Below are positions 1 through 13,349 of a stretch of 64,000 nucleotides of DNA, piece after piece (positions within the stretch are counted from its first letter, which is position 1; every line of letters starts with the position of its first letter). The notes beneath the pieces are model-generated. The model was not told where the DNA came from. It did not search any database and was given only the letters and a program-made list of their open reading frames with translations. The DNA lies in NCBI GenBank assembly GCA_951406725.2, contig OX597835.1, forward strand, positions 4,650,001 through 4,714,000. The letters run 5' to 3'. The position numbers and the translations under genes are program-made. Source of the stretch: Octopus vulgaris. Taxonomy: Eukaryota.

Positions 1-573
1 TAATATTCCACCTGGTAATTCTAAAGAAGAACAATATCAAATAAAAGCAAGCTCAGCTGCTAAGAAATTACACTGACTTAGTTGTCTGAATATAAGTAAT
101 ACGGAAGCTAAGGAATGTGTCATCATTCGTCGTCACATTTGTAAGTGGTACAACTGGAATAATAACATAACCAATGACACTGACAAATAAGATTGACCTA
201 TGAATGTTACTTAAAATAGCAACACTAGTGTCTCTAAAACTATTTAGTGCATCTTCACTTAGTATTTGTTCACTATGAATAAACTAGATTAATTTATGAC
301 TGAGGTACAAGGCCAGAAATTTTGGTGCAGGAGGAGTCATGTGACCACGTGACTGACTAGGCTATTACACATCGTTACACATCGCTGGTCACAAAGTACT
401 TTTGCATTGTTTTAGCTTTCAGGTGATGCAACCCTCTGCTGGCTGGGCGAGCAGGCCAAAAATCCCCCATTCCCCTGATCAAAATGGGGACTGAAGCAAT
501 GTGAAATGAAGTGTCTTGCTCAAGAACACAATGTGTTGCCTAGTCAAGGAACTGAACCCATTATCTAGCAATC

Positions 574-985
574 ATGAATGCAGAAAGGCTGAAGACGCTC
601 GACCTTTATTCTCTAGAAAAACGCTGCCGCCGTGGTGATCTCATTCTTGCTCACAACATCATAAGCGGTAAGTGTAACCTCTCGAAGGAGCTGTTCTTCA
701 CTCCTGCTCCAGAGCATCGGCTGCGGGGTCATTCCAAAAAGCTCTATCTGCAACGATTTCATCTCAATCGAAGAAGAGGGGCTTTCTCCGTCCGGGTTGC
801 GGATCCGTGGAATAAGCTGCCGGACGAGATAGTGAAGATGCCGACGACCGCTCGGTTCAAAGTCACTCTTGACCAGAAATGGCCTGAACTCTTTGCATGA
901 ACACCACCCTGTACATAACTCCATGTACCCCTACATGGCCTTGCTTTTTGCTTTTTGAGCCAAAAAATTAACTAACTAACTAACC
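574..985 (+). mobile_element. CR1-clade LINE 3' end
   Basis: ORF2 C-terminal motifs LYSLEKRCRRGDLI, LRGHSKKL and FSVRVADPWNKLP, followed by a (CTAA)n tail. Confidence 0.85.
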
Positions 986-1455
986 TAACAACTAGGCCAT
1001 CATCATCATCATCATCATCACCAAATGTCCTCTTTCCATTCTGGCATGGGTTGGACGGTTTGACCAGGGCTGGCAAGCTGGAAGGCTGCCCCAGACTCCA
1101 GTCCACTAAGCATTTTGCTCCACAAGCTGATGGTTCTGCCAGCTTGCTGCCTAAATCTTCTACTATAATAATACTCTTGTGTCTTTCTCCACCACAGCAT
1201 ATGATTGAGAAAGGAAAGGGTGATAGATGAATAAGGAAGGAAGGGGTGATGGCCATCTTGGTAGTGGGAGCATTTCAACTCTGTGTGAGTATATGTGAGT
1301 ATGTTTGTGTGTGTACAAGGGAAAAGCATGTGAATGTATGTGAACATTGACAAGAGTATTAATTTGATTTACCATCCACATTTTATACAAAATACTACAA
1401 TTAGCCATCATTTTTGATGGCACAAGGCCAGCTGGCAATAATGATGATAATAATG

Positions 1456-1494
<39 letters not shown>

Positions 1495-1495
1495 G

Positions 1496-1712
1496 GCTGG
1501 GCTACTCGACCAGGAGAAAATTCTAACTGGGCCCCACCAGCAAGGTCATGAGCTGTTTATCTTGATATGAGATCACCATGTCGCGCACATATGGTTGTGA
1601 TGCATGTGCCTGGTGTACCCTTATCAGACGGGTAGTCATGATGGGTATACTGGGCTTCATATATTTTACCCCAGTGTCACTTTGATGACATGCACTACTC
1701 TTTCATTCAACA
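1496..1712 (+). mobile_element. Interspersed repeat, probable LINE 3' UTR (second copy about 22600-22823)
   Basis: Near-identical ~200 bp block at two loci. Confidence 0.6.
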
Positions 1713-1717
1713 ATAAC

Positions 1718-1925
1718 CCTTTCTATTAAAGGCACAAGGATTGAAATTTGGGGGGAGGGGACTAGTCGATTACACTGACCACAGTGTCTCACTGGTACTT
1801 AATATATCGACCCTGAAAGGATGAAAGGCAAAGTCGACCTCAGCAGAATTTGAACTCAGAACATAAAGATGGACAAAATGCTGCTAAATATTTGGCCTGG
1901 CATGCTAACGGTTCTGCCAGTTCGT
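1718..1925 (-). mobile_element. SINE family B, older-tail subfamily
   Basis: Core atcgaccc..aaaggatgaaaggcaaagtcgacctc is shared with copies at 26750, 28020, 29030, 32720, 38800, 41130, 46450 and 51990. Confidence 0.75.
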
Positions 1926-1965
1926 CCAATAAAAGATATGTTCTGCTTTACCATAATAAAATAAT

Positions 1966-2207
1966 AAATGCACCCTTTTCAAGCCTAGCCAGGCTCACGG
2001 GCCCAGTTTCTCAGTTTCTGTGGCGTATGTGTTCCCCAGCTGGACAGGATGCCAGTCCATCGCAGCGTTACTCATTTTTGCCAGCAGAGAGAACTGGAGC
2101 AACGTGAAATGAAGTGTTTTGCTCAAGAACACAACGCGTCGCCCGGTCCAGGAATCGAAACCACAATCTTACAATCATGATGCTGACACCCTAACCACTA
2201 AGCCACC
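1966..2207 (-). mobile_element. tRNA-derived SINE, family C variant (second copy 47956-48205, + strand)
   Basis: A-box GTGGCTTAGTGG and B-box-like GTTTCGATTCC; same body as 47956-48205. Confidence 0.8.
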
Positions 2208-3520
2208 ACTCTGCTTTACCATAGCAGTATTAATAACCATTCGTTAAAACTATATTCATAAATTGACATAGTTTTTAATTCTCACAGTACCAGATAACCC
2301 TTTATTGTTCAAATCATAATTTTATGTCTGTACTAATTTTCAAGTTATTTTTTTTTTCTGTTAGAAACTGGTTCTTCCTCCAAGTAAAATAGTTACTATG
2401 GTTATATCTGACACAGTCAGTACATTTAGAGCGGTGACGGAGATGTTGGGGTGGAGGGGAAACGCACCTCTCTTTACCTAGATTTTCAAACTGTGGCCAC
2501 CACATTACACTTCCGACCCCTTCCCCATCTCAACATCCTCCCACACACCATGCAGTCACCCACAATTCAAGTTACAGTGGACCAAAGAGAAAGAAGGGGT
2601 TACAGTAGAGTGGTGGGTCGGTGGGTGGTGGAGGAGGGGGTAGTGATCCCTTAGTGTGAGTGTAGGTGTGAAACAGGGGTTAGAGCTTAGAACTGGAACT
2701 GACTAAGAAGCAAACAGCTGGGGCACAAGGGGGTGGTGTTGATAGGGAACACAAGTATTGGTACATAAGCAGGAGGGACGGGGTGGGGGAGAAATTCTTG
2801 ATGAGGAAGATAGCATGAGAGGGAGTCAGAGAGAGAGAGAGAGAGAGAAGGAGAGAGAGAGGGAGAGAGAGAGACCTGTGTTAGGATAAAAGTGTGTTGG
2901 CAGTGGTGATGACCACAGGACAAAGAAGCTGTTGCTGGTTTGTCACAAGATCAACTCTGTGCAAGTAAAGATTTTATGATCAAAAGTCGTTCCTGATGAG
3001 ACTACCCCATCTGTTTTTTGCTAGGAACTACGTAACTAGGACCACATCTACCCTTTCTTTTACAGACAGTGTGACATGAGGGTGATTCTCGGCAGCTATT
3101 TCTTGTGGCACAAATAACTTCCACAGAGGTTCATTCATTGGCTCATGAGACTGGGGGGGGGGGGAAGAGGGGAGAGCAGGGAGAGAGAGTGGAAGAGAAA
3201 GACAGAGAGAGAGAGAGTGGAGTAAGTGGACTGGAATGAGAAATGGATGGTCATGTAAACACAGGGAGATAAAGAGCAGGAATCACTGACAGTGACTCAT
3301 GGTTTCTACATGTAGGCACACATACACATACAAGCACACTCCACCCGAGCCCCCCACCCCGTACACGTGCCTGTGAGAGAGAGAGAGAGAGAAAGAGAGA
3401 GAGTGCATATATGCTACAAGCTTAGTCAGTGACTAGACAAACAGAAATAGACCAGCTTTGACTGGTGATGGCAGTAAAGCAGAGACGTTGAGAAAGTGAT
3501 GTGTGTGTATATATATATAT

Positions 3521-3918
3521 ACTCTTTTACTCTTTTACTTGTTTCAGTCATTTGACTGCGGCCATGCTGGACCACCGCCTTTAGTCGATCAAATCGACCC
3601 CGGGACTTATTCTTTTGTAAGCCCAGTACTTATTCTATCGATCTCTTTTGCCGAACCGCTAAGTGGCGGGGACGTAGACACACCAGCATCGGTTGTCAAG
3701 CAATGCTAGGGGGACAAACACACACACACACACATATATATACATATACATATATACGACAGGCTTCTTTCAGTTTCCGTCTACCAAATCCACTCACAAG
3801 GCATTGGTCGGCCCGGGGCTATAGCAGAAGACACTTGCCCAAGATGCCACGCAGTGGGACTGAACCCAGAACCATGTGGTTGGTTAGCAAGCTACTTACC
3901 ACACAGCCACTCCTGCGC
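3521..3918 (-). mobile_element. tRNA-derived SINE family A, full length
   Basis: Head GGCGCAGGAGTGGCTGTGTGG with B-box-like GGTTCAGTCCC, internal (TA)/(TG) tract and (AAGAGTA)n tail. About 20 full or partial copies in the window. Confidence 0.9.
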
Positions 3919-4391
3919 TTATATATATATATATAATGTGATAAATAAAAATATATGCATACATACAAACATATATGTACGTACCTACATCTACATGTAT
4001 ATATAAATAATTATACGTGAGTACAGGACACCACAATAAGACGTAGAAACGGGAAAAACAAACAAAAAACAAGAAAACGAAAAAAAAAACACAGTTACAG
4101 GACGTGCTACACAAGGAAAAAAACCCCGATATATATATATATATATATACACACACAGAGGCGGGGAGAGAGGGGGGGAAATGACGGTGCAGTGTAACAG
4201 TGAAATTGAGGGAGGTAACTGTGTTTAAAGATGCTAAACTAACATCCACGTCATTTGCAATGACTCTAGCAACTTGTATTATGAGCCATCGAGGGAGCCT
4301 CTACATGGACAAACGACATACTAGAAAGAACACCCAAACTGCCCAGCAATCACACCCTCTCCTATTAAAGGAAAAGAAAGACTACATAGGA

Positions 4392-4592
4392 CAGTGGTTT
4401 TCAACCAGGGTTCTGCCAGTACAGACCAGGGGTTCCGCAAGAAGCTGCAAAACTGCTAAAATCGGCAGTAATTTTTAAGTCTCCTGTGCAGATATGTGTG
4501 CATAAGACTATTAAATTATTGCACAGGGGTTCCTCGAGCCAGTGAAATGTTTCCTTGCGGTTCCGCCCCAGCAAAAAGTTTGAAAAGCACTG
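4392..4592. mobile_element. hAT-type MITE
   Basis: TIRs CAGTGGTTTTCAA / TTGAAAAGCACTG; 8-bp TSD acatagga / gcatagga. Confidence 0.85.
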
Positions 4593-5527
4593 GCATAGGA
4601 TAATGTGGTTCTAAAAGATAAGGGGATAAGGGTTAGAACGTCTTTGGTCGAGTCTCTTGGGTCAGATTTGATTAGGGGACTTAACGACAAAAAAGAAAGG
4701 AAGCAAAATAAAATATGGACAAGCAGTGGCTTATGATATCAAAGCATTTATAAAATACTTATAAAGACGTGTATTTAAATATAATTAACCAAAAGGAGTG
4801 GCTGTGTGGTAAGTAGCTTGGTTACGAACCACATGGTTCCGGGTTCAGTCCCCACTGCGTGGCACCTAGGGCAAGTGTCTTCTACGATAGCTTCAGGCCG
4901 ACCAAAGCCAGCATCAGAAAGATGAAGGCAAAGGCTACGTTTGTGGTGCATGAACTCAGAATGTAATTGGTTGTTACTAGAAACTGCTAAGTCCACCTTG
5001 GTACTACTACTCCTCAGTAGGAAATCGCAGGCTACTTTGGAAGAGATGGGTAAAATAGTCTTGGTACATAAGTAGTTCTTATTTTATCAATTCAGGAAAA
5101 ATGAATGTCAAAGTTGACCATAGCAGGATTAGAACTCAAACATGCAAAGTCAAAACAACTACACACTGTTTGTATTAAACCTAATTACAGCTCAAGTCCC
5201 CCATGATCCTTTGATCTCCAGTGTATGTGTTATTAATTAAGCATTTCTGGATAATGAACTTCACATCACATGCAGGGTTAATTCATCCTAACTTTAAAAT
5301 AAACATAACACACATGCACACACAGACATATACACAAACACACACCACACACACATACAATTAAATTAGGCAGTAGTTTAGCAATGTATCACCAAAAAGG
5401 AAAACTATAATTATCATTAAATAAGAGTTAGAATGCTACAAATAAGAGCTAAAGTCCTCTGATGCTGCAGTCAATGTTGTTGTTAACACACCCGTCTTCA
5501 TCTTTTGTCTGTTTTTTTTTTGTAAAT

Positions 5528-5592
<65 letters not shown>

Positions 5593-5719
5593 TATTATTG
5601 AAAAGTAGCAGAAATATAACTCTTCTGAAGCTCATATTCTTAGAACCCCTACAATCAATAGTAGCACAACAAATGGCCAGTCCAGTGTGACTGGCGAAAT
5701 GCTACAGCAGAAGCATATA

Positions 5720-6170
5720 GATATGCAGAGTGCAAGAGGTAGGATGGAGGGAAGCCTCTACTAGACTCATCATGAGCAAGGAACAAACTCTTTTGGGTAT
5801 GTAGCAGATGGCATGGGTGGTGTAGGTATATTCTTGACTGAGAAATGGCCAGATAAAGTGATTGAGGTTATCAGAGTGTGTGATAGGATTGTTAAGCTAA
5901 GACTAGTATTAGATTAAACAACAATATCATATATCTCAGGGTATGCACCATAATTTGGACTGGCAGATCAACAGAAGAGCCATTTCTATGAGGCCTTCTG
6001 TAGATCACCTTGATGACAGATGGCAATGTCCTTTGAGTGGCTGGTGATTTCAAAAGACATATAGGGCAGCACTCCAACAAATTTCGTAGTGGGCATGGCA
6101 GTTATGTATTTTGGTTCTAGAAATGGAAGGAATGAAGGTGTTGGAATTCTGTGATGCAAATGACATTTTC
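5720..6170 (+). mobile_element. Degenerate RTE LINE endonuclease fragment
   Basis: Broken reading with GVGIFL..KW.DKVIEVIRVCDRI and VAGDF motifs; many stops. Confidence 0.7.
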
Positions 6171-7260
6171 ACAACTTCTTTTTTTTGTTTTATCTTAACA
6201 CGTTATACACTTCCTTTCCCCATACAACATGATGATAATTTGGAAACAGCTGAATTTCTTATGTTCTTGAGAAACTAATAAAAATGTTACAAAAGATTTA
6301 AAGATGAAAATATTTAATGAAAGAAAATAAATTAGCGCTTGCAAATGAAATTTTGCTATACACTGCAAGCCCTCACACTAGGTCTAAACTTGGCCCAATA
6401 CCCTAAGCTCCAAGAGGGTTTCAATACGTTGCTATGGGAACAGACACAAATAGCATCGTCAGCTGGATGGGCTGTTCAGAATGGATAAATCTGATTGGCT
6501 AAAATTACAAAAAAAAAAAAAAAAAATTTTAAGATTCATTAATTTCTCCCAAAATAGCTGTGATTTTCGTAATTGGCATTAAAAAAAAAAAAACTACACG
6601 TGTAGAAATTCTCAATAAAACCGAAAAAGAATGGTGTTAACGCAAAAAGATCCAATTAAAAATTGAACTTCGTAATTTTTTTTTTAATGTGTTTAAAACA
6701 TAATTTGGAAAACGTTTTCGTAAACAAAAACAAAATGTCAAAATTGAAAAAGTTATATCCGGGTTGAATTTGGAAAAGAAGAAGGTTAAAGTTTAAGAAA
6801 GGAAAAACAAACAATCTCTGATGAAAAGAGAAACAGGAAGAAATCGGCCGAAATATGCAAAAATAAATAAATTTTAAAAGTGACACGAGGTGGGGGCAGG
6901 AAGGGTGCTTATTGCCATGGAGATTGTAATGTTCTTGGGGTCTTAGACCGTTTACAACGGAGTCCAGAAAAGAAAAAAATAGGTCGACATTCGGTCAATG
7001 TAAAATTCTTGTGGTTAGTAATGGTGATGGTGATGATGATGAAAAGTTAAAGAATAACAGTGATTACGAAAAGACTTGATACTTTTTGGTGCCATTTGGA
7101 ACAGATTGCCGATATAATTCCTCTTCGATAAAAAATCAAACGAACACTAAACATATGTGTAAGCATATACCCCCCACCACACAGTTCATCTTTGAATATA
7201 AATATAAATGTATGTGTATATGTGTATATATATGCTTATGTGTATGTGTATGTGTGTGTA

Positions 7261-7307
<47 letters not shown>

Positions 7308-7546
7308 ATATGTTGCCGACGTAAACGGTTTGCTTGTATGACGTATATTACAGGAACTTATTACAGAAAAAGGAAAAAAACAACCAACAACAAAAAAAAA
7401 AACCCATAAGAAACAATTTCGGACACAGAATACAATGGTGTGCACATTCGTGTATGTGGTGGAAATTGTTTCTTGTATAGGGAGAGAAATTTAAGGGCTT
7501 AAAACCTGTGTGTGTGCAGACATACACATCGCTAATATTTAATGAA

Positions 7547-7648
7547 ACACACACACACACATCACACATAACACACAACACACATACACACACAACCACA
7601 CATAACACAACACACAACAGAACACACACACACAACACACACACACAC

Positions 7649-7695
<47 letters not shown>

Positions 7696-7805
7696 CACAA
7701 CACACATACACACACACACACAACACACATACAACACACATACAACACACACACACACACAAATACACACACACACAACACAACACACACACACACACAC
7801 ACACA
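7547..7805. repeat. Degenerate (CA)n microsatellite; (TG)n at about 7205-7305
   Basis: Direct inspection. Confidence 0.95.
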
Positions 7806-8316
7806 TCCAGTCGCTCATCGAGATACGCATACATTAATATTGTGGCAATTTTTTTTTTACCAATATTGTCAATCAGACGAACGAACCCCCACCCAAACAA
7901 AAAACGGAAAACGACAAACAAAAGAACACCCCACCCACCCGCCAATAACCAAAACTTAAAAAAATGTGGATAACACAAATATGAACACAGACAAAAAAAG
8001 GTTTTTAAGTTTATATTTCGAAGTGCTTTAAGCTTTCCTTTTGTCGCTTTCGTTTCTTGAAAATTACGTCAACGAATCTGTAAATTCCCATTTCGAATAG
8101 ACACATCGTACATACATTTGTATTTGCGTAAAATAAGTATTGGTTCCGTAGACATTTGGAAAAGTTTATAAACAATAAATATTTGGGATTTCGTAATATT
8201 CTTTAAATGCAATTGGAATTCTTTACATATAAGTACGCACGTACGTGCGTGCGTGCGTACTTGAGTACGTGCGTACGTACCTACGTAATACATGCATGCA
8301 TACATACATATATGTA

Positions 8317-8540
8317 TACTCTTTTACTCTTTTACTTGTTTCAGTCATTTGACTGCGGCCATGCTGGAGCACCGCCTTTAGTCGAGCAAATCGACCCCGG
8401 GACTTATTCTTTGTAAGCCCAGTACTTATTCTATCGGTCTCTTTTGCCGAACCGCTACGTGACGGGGACGTAAACACACCAGCATCGGTTGTCAAGCAAT
8501 GCTAGGGGAACAAACACAGACATACAAACATATACACACA

Positions 8541-8588
<48 letters not shown>

Positions 8589-8742
8589 TACGACAGGCTT
8601 CTTTCAGTTTCCGTCTACCAAATCCACTCACAAGGCATTGGTCGACCCGGGGCTATAGCAGAAGACACTTGCCCAAGATGCCACGCAGTGGGACTGAACC
8701 CGGAACCGTGTGGTTGGTTAGCAAGCTACTTACCACACAGCC
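8317..8742 (-). mobile_element. SINE family A
   Basis: Near-identical to 3521-3918. Confidence 0.9.
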
Positions 8743-9118
8743 ACGTATATAGCCATTAATAATTCACAGAACGTAATACATTCAGAATATAAACATGCTC
8801 TCTCTCTCAAGACACACACACACACTGCAGGTACCCATACAATGAGATAAAAAAAAAAACATGATCAACAGATTATCCAAGTAATTAGCAAATAAAAACT
8901 CCATCCGGAAGTGTTTGAAATCTGTAGAAAAAGTCAGGGAGGTAACTCCAATAATTCGTTCAAAACTTTTGGGACAAACAATGCAGATTAGAGTGAATTT
9001 GATTTTAAAGAAATTGGCAAATAAAACAAACATGTTCCGGCTTTTATCAGACCTCCTCAGCAAATCATTTTATATTTAGTTAAAAGACTAAAAGTGATCA
9101 ATCAATATGCAGAAACAA

Positions 9119-9159
<41 letters not shown>

Positions 9160-9160
<1 letters not shown>

Positions 9161-9441
9161 ATCAACCAGGCTATCAGATACTGCTACACATCGCTGGTCA
9201 CAATGCACTTCGCATTGTCTTAGCCTTCAAATGACGCCACCCCACTGGCTAAGCGAGCAGGCCAACAGAAGAAAGAGTGGGAGAAAGAGTACATCAGGGA
9301 TCGCCACCACTCCCTGCCGGAGCCTCGTGGAGCTTTAGGTGTTTTCGCTCAATAAACACTCACAACGCCCAGTTTGGGAACCGAAACCGTGATCCTACGA
9401 CCGCGAGTCCGCTGCCCTAACCACTGGGTCACTGCACCTCC
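9160..9441 (-). mobile_element. tRNA-derived SINE family C (copy 15260-15545 on +, fragment 340-460)
   Basis: Head GGAGG(C/T)GCA(A/G)TG..CCAGTGGTTAGGGCAG; shared body and tail. Confidence 0.85.
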
Positions 9442-10199
9442 GCACACACATATGTCTATACGGGGGATGTAGTGACGGTAATAACGAATATATAACATAG
9501 CTAGCGGAAAGTACTTCCGAAGAGCGTTCTGCCTACTAAATACAGATATGTTTGAGTCAGACTTTGTTCATATATATTCATAGATGCACCACGCTTCGCT
9601 GAGAAAGGTTAACGACACCGAAACAAACCAGCCGCATTTACCGGTTGCCTTTAAATATCAGACACACTGTAAACACCTGCATCGTCCTATATTGCTCTAA
9701 ATTTCGATCGGCTGCTCTTTTGGCAGAAATTTCCCGTATTGCTTCTTCTTTAAAAAAATGTTCATTTTAAACACATCTAAAGAAAGCATTTATCTTTTAA
9801 TTGTTTGGATAACCTCAATTTAACAAAAGCGTATTGAAATATGCGGGACATTTTTGTACTTAATATGCAGAATGCCCTCGCCTACCCCCGATCATCTTCA
9901 TTGATCTTTTACAAATACCACACATTTTTATTTTAAAAAAATGAAAGGTGTTGGCAGTGGACCGAGAAAACTTATAAAGTCTGTAATATTTGTGTGCGTA
10001 TAAGTGCATGTACGCAATCGGCGTGTCTGTTGTGGTTAAGAAGCTAGTTTCCCAACCAAATTGTCTTAGGTTCAGCTCCAATGGGTGATACCTTAGGCAA
10101 GTGTCCTCTCCTACAGACTCAGACTCACACAAAGCCTTGTGAGTGGATTTAGTAGACGGAAACTGAAAGAATTGTCATATATATATATATATATATATA

Positions 10200-10600
10200 T
10201 AATCCTGACACGTTTTTTTCCCTCTCCCCATTTTTTACTCTCATCTCATTCTATCGAAGAACGTAGGCTCGAAGCGTCAAAGACTTTTCCCCAGCTTCAA
10301 ACTAATACACCTGCTTGTTGTTCCCTCACCTGTCTGTCTTTTCTTTTCTGCGTATGTATGTACATATATATATTCTGTTGTGTCTTGGGAGAGTCATTTT
10401 CTTTTTGTGCCTTTTAATTTAACACACTCACCGGTAAAATTTCCATTTATTTCTTATTTTTATTTACCTAAAATTTTCGCTGCGTCTTGCAACCTTTTCA
10501 ATAGTCTTTAGGGAAATGAAATAAGAAATAAGTGGAAATTTTACCGGTGAGTGTGTTAAATTATAAGGCACAAAAAGAAAATGACTCTCCCCAAACACAC
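10200..10600. mobile_element. Probable Penelope-type pseudo-LTR fragment with inverted duplication
   Basis: About 10385-10460 is the reverse complement of about 10518-10595. Degenerate hammerhead-like tcgaaga..gtaggctc.gaagcg at about 10254-10278. Confidence 0.5.
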
Positions 10601-12276
10601 GAACTCATATAAAGAATCTTGCAAACCAAATCCCAAAACGATACATACATACATATATATATATATACACCTTTTACTTGTATTACTCATTAGACTGTGG
10701 CCATACGGTGGCGCTGCTTTGAAGAATTTTTAGTCGAATGAATCGACCTCAGTACTTTTTTGTTTTTAAGACTGATACTTATTCAATCGACATCTTTTGC
10801 CGAACTGCTAAATTACGGGGACGTAAACACACCAACAGCTGTTGTCAAGCGGTGGTGAGCGTAAACACACACACACTTTCCCTTGAATTTGATTAATCAC
10901 TCACAGTTTAAAGTTGGGACTTTAATCTTCTCTTCAAACTGAATACTTCGAAATTAACTTAGCAGAATTCGGACTCGCAATCGAAATAAAACTGAATACT
11001 GCCATACATCCGCACAAAGAACACCAATTTCTCTATCATCATAGATTGAGAGACACGTATAACGAGATGTGATGTTTGTGCCTTCATCAAACTGTTTCTG
11101 ACGCAACTAGAATTGGTAGCAGTGGGTTCTTTCATTATCACCGAATATGATGGGGATTAGAACGACTCCCGTAATTTACTTGCTTTTATTTAATTGACCC
11201 TCGATGGACGAAAGACAAAACCGTTCTGCCGACGAATTAAACTCACAACAGAAACGAAACTGAAAAAAAAAAAAAAAAATACTGCAACACTTTTATTATT
11301 TCTGTTAATAATAAACGATTCCTTTTGACTAAGCGGTGAGAGGAAACTATAAGTGGTGGATTTCATGGCTTTCATGGCTTTCCAAACGACCGGAATGATA
11401 ACAATAAGAGCAAGAATAAATATAATGGTAACAAACTGGATCTTACCCATAGAATACGGCAGCTTTGGGACGGCGACATAGATGCACACTTGCTCTCGTA
11501 GATAGTCACACGGACACAAACTGACTACCCGAGAGAGAACGAACACTAAACACTAAACACCCACCACATAGATATTGTATGGAAACACCCAGTCGGCTCT
11601 GAACTGGAAGATGTCTCCTCTTCGTATCCGCAAAAGATAGTTTTGCTCTTCGCGAACTTCCGACATTTCAGGAAAGAGATATATATCCACACACACACAC
11701 AAACACACACGGAGATAAAAGTAAACAGACAGAAACAATTACAGATGAATAGAAGAGACAGAAATAGCAAAACGAGGACAGCAGGAATTCTATTAGAGGA
11801 CGGTCAGAAGAAAGAGAAAGGCTGAGTGTTAGAGAGAGGGGGAAGAGAAAGGAAGAGAAAACAAAATAGACGGGGAGAGAGAGAGAGACAGAGAAGATAA
11901 GAGAATATAAGCTAAATGTGGAGAGGGAAGGAGAGAGAAAGTAAGAGAGAGAAGAGAAAGAAAGAAAAAGGGTAGGCTTTATTGAGAGAGAGAAGTACTA
12001 ATGCAGACAGGTTTTAATTCAGCAGACACCAGCTGGGAAGTAAGTTAACCAGCTTAGTTAATATATTAAATACTTCGACAATTAAAAGGCAAGAAAAGAA
12101 TTGATAATAGAAAAAAAAAAGAGCAAAGCAGCTTTCTTTGTTGTTGCTTAGCCCCAGGCCTGCCCCAGTCGAGCAAAACCCATGATCAAAGGAGCTTCTA
12201 TCGTAGCGATCATCGTAACTTCTTTACAGACTTTGGTGTATCTAGAACTTCGTCTGCCTCTCTTAAAATAGAAAGT

Positions 12277-12423
12277 AGGGTGTGATTAGAGGAAGATTTA
12301 GCTACAGTTTCTAGGTGAAGTCACCAAGGTGTGATTAGAGGAAGATTTAGCTACTGTTTCTAGGTGAAGTCACCAGGGTGTGATTAGAGGAAGATTTAGC
12401 TACTGTTTCTAGGTGAAGTCACC
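12277..12423 (+). repeat. 3 x 49-bp tandem repeat inside an interspersed repeat
   Basis: Unit ggtgtgattagaggaagatttagctactgtttctaggtgaagtcacc starts at about 12277, 12326 and 12375, with no spacers. Confidence 0.95.
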
Positions 12424-13349
12424 TCACAGAGGCTGTCTCATTTGATTGTCTTTGTTACTTAATTTTACTATTTCTTAAGTTATTTTTATCTCGCTTTCTC
12501 TCTCGTATATTTTTGTCAAATCTCGTTATTCAGTAAAGCAGGAACTAAATATATAAATATATGAAACGTACAAAGAAAAAAAAGAAAAAAAAAGGGTAAA
12601 ATAAGATTAATTGGTGAATGGAAGTGTGTCCTAAATTTTCGAGTAGGGTCAGAAGAGGCTATCGTCTTCATTGACCAGATGTAAACTTATATCAAGAAAC
12701 TATTTTATACCTTCAAATATTCTTACTATTTTGAGTTCAAACCACCCAGCTTATCTTTTCCTTTCATTCTTCAAGGGTCGATAAATAAGCACTAACCATG
12801 TATTGAGGCCGATATAAACAGCTGTTCATCCCGCCCTCCCCAACCAAATTAATTTGTAGCCTTGTGTCAATGTGGACAGCGATGAGATCCTTATGTTTAA
12901 CAAATTCGCTTCACAATCAGGTTCCGCATTCAATTCCTCTTGACACCTTGAGCAAATGTCTCCAATAACCTCAGGTCGACTCCAACTTGGTGAGTGGAAC
13001 TGATTTGCTATCAACTGTGAGGAAGTTTGTTAGATAGACTAGAAACGTTTTGTAGTGAATCCATTCTTCCGGTTTAACACAACTTGGTCCTTGATTGTTT
13101 GTAGCAGTCTACAAATGTTGCAAGCACTAGAAGCAGGTATCCGGTTTGGGAATAACTAGATTTCTTTATGCAACTCTTCTACAAGTACCCCGATTTGTGT
13201 ACTCGGCATCTGCATACGTAGCTTTCATCTTCCATACTCATAATATACCCCAACCATCGCAGTCTCTTCTCTTTCATACTACAACCGATTCTCTCCTTTC
13301 AGTTCAGTTACCCTTCGTTCATGAACACTAGCATGGTGCATCCAGTGAA

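Noticed and set aside
3703-3936. Recurrent ORF family RQASFSFRLPNPLTR... as a multigene family
   Set aside because: Antisense translation of SINE A copies; the frame varies with microsatellite length.
6819-6840. CTGATGA...GAAAC hammerhead-like match
   Set aside because: No stem II closing pair and no stem I/III complementarity; likely chance in A-rich DNA.
11190-11546. 118-aa ORF with a hydrophobic stretch as a membrane protein
   Set aside because: No recognisable homology; the hydrophobic part follows a strong splice donor and reflects T-rich, probably intronic DNA.
12277-12423. Three direct repeats resembling a CRISPR array
   Set aside because: Contiguous 49-bp units with no unique spacers, inside an interspersed repeat; eukaryotic context and no cas genes.
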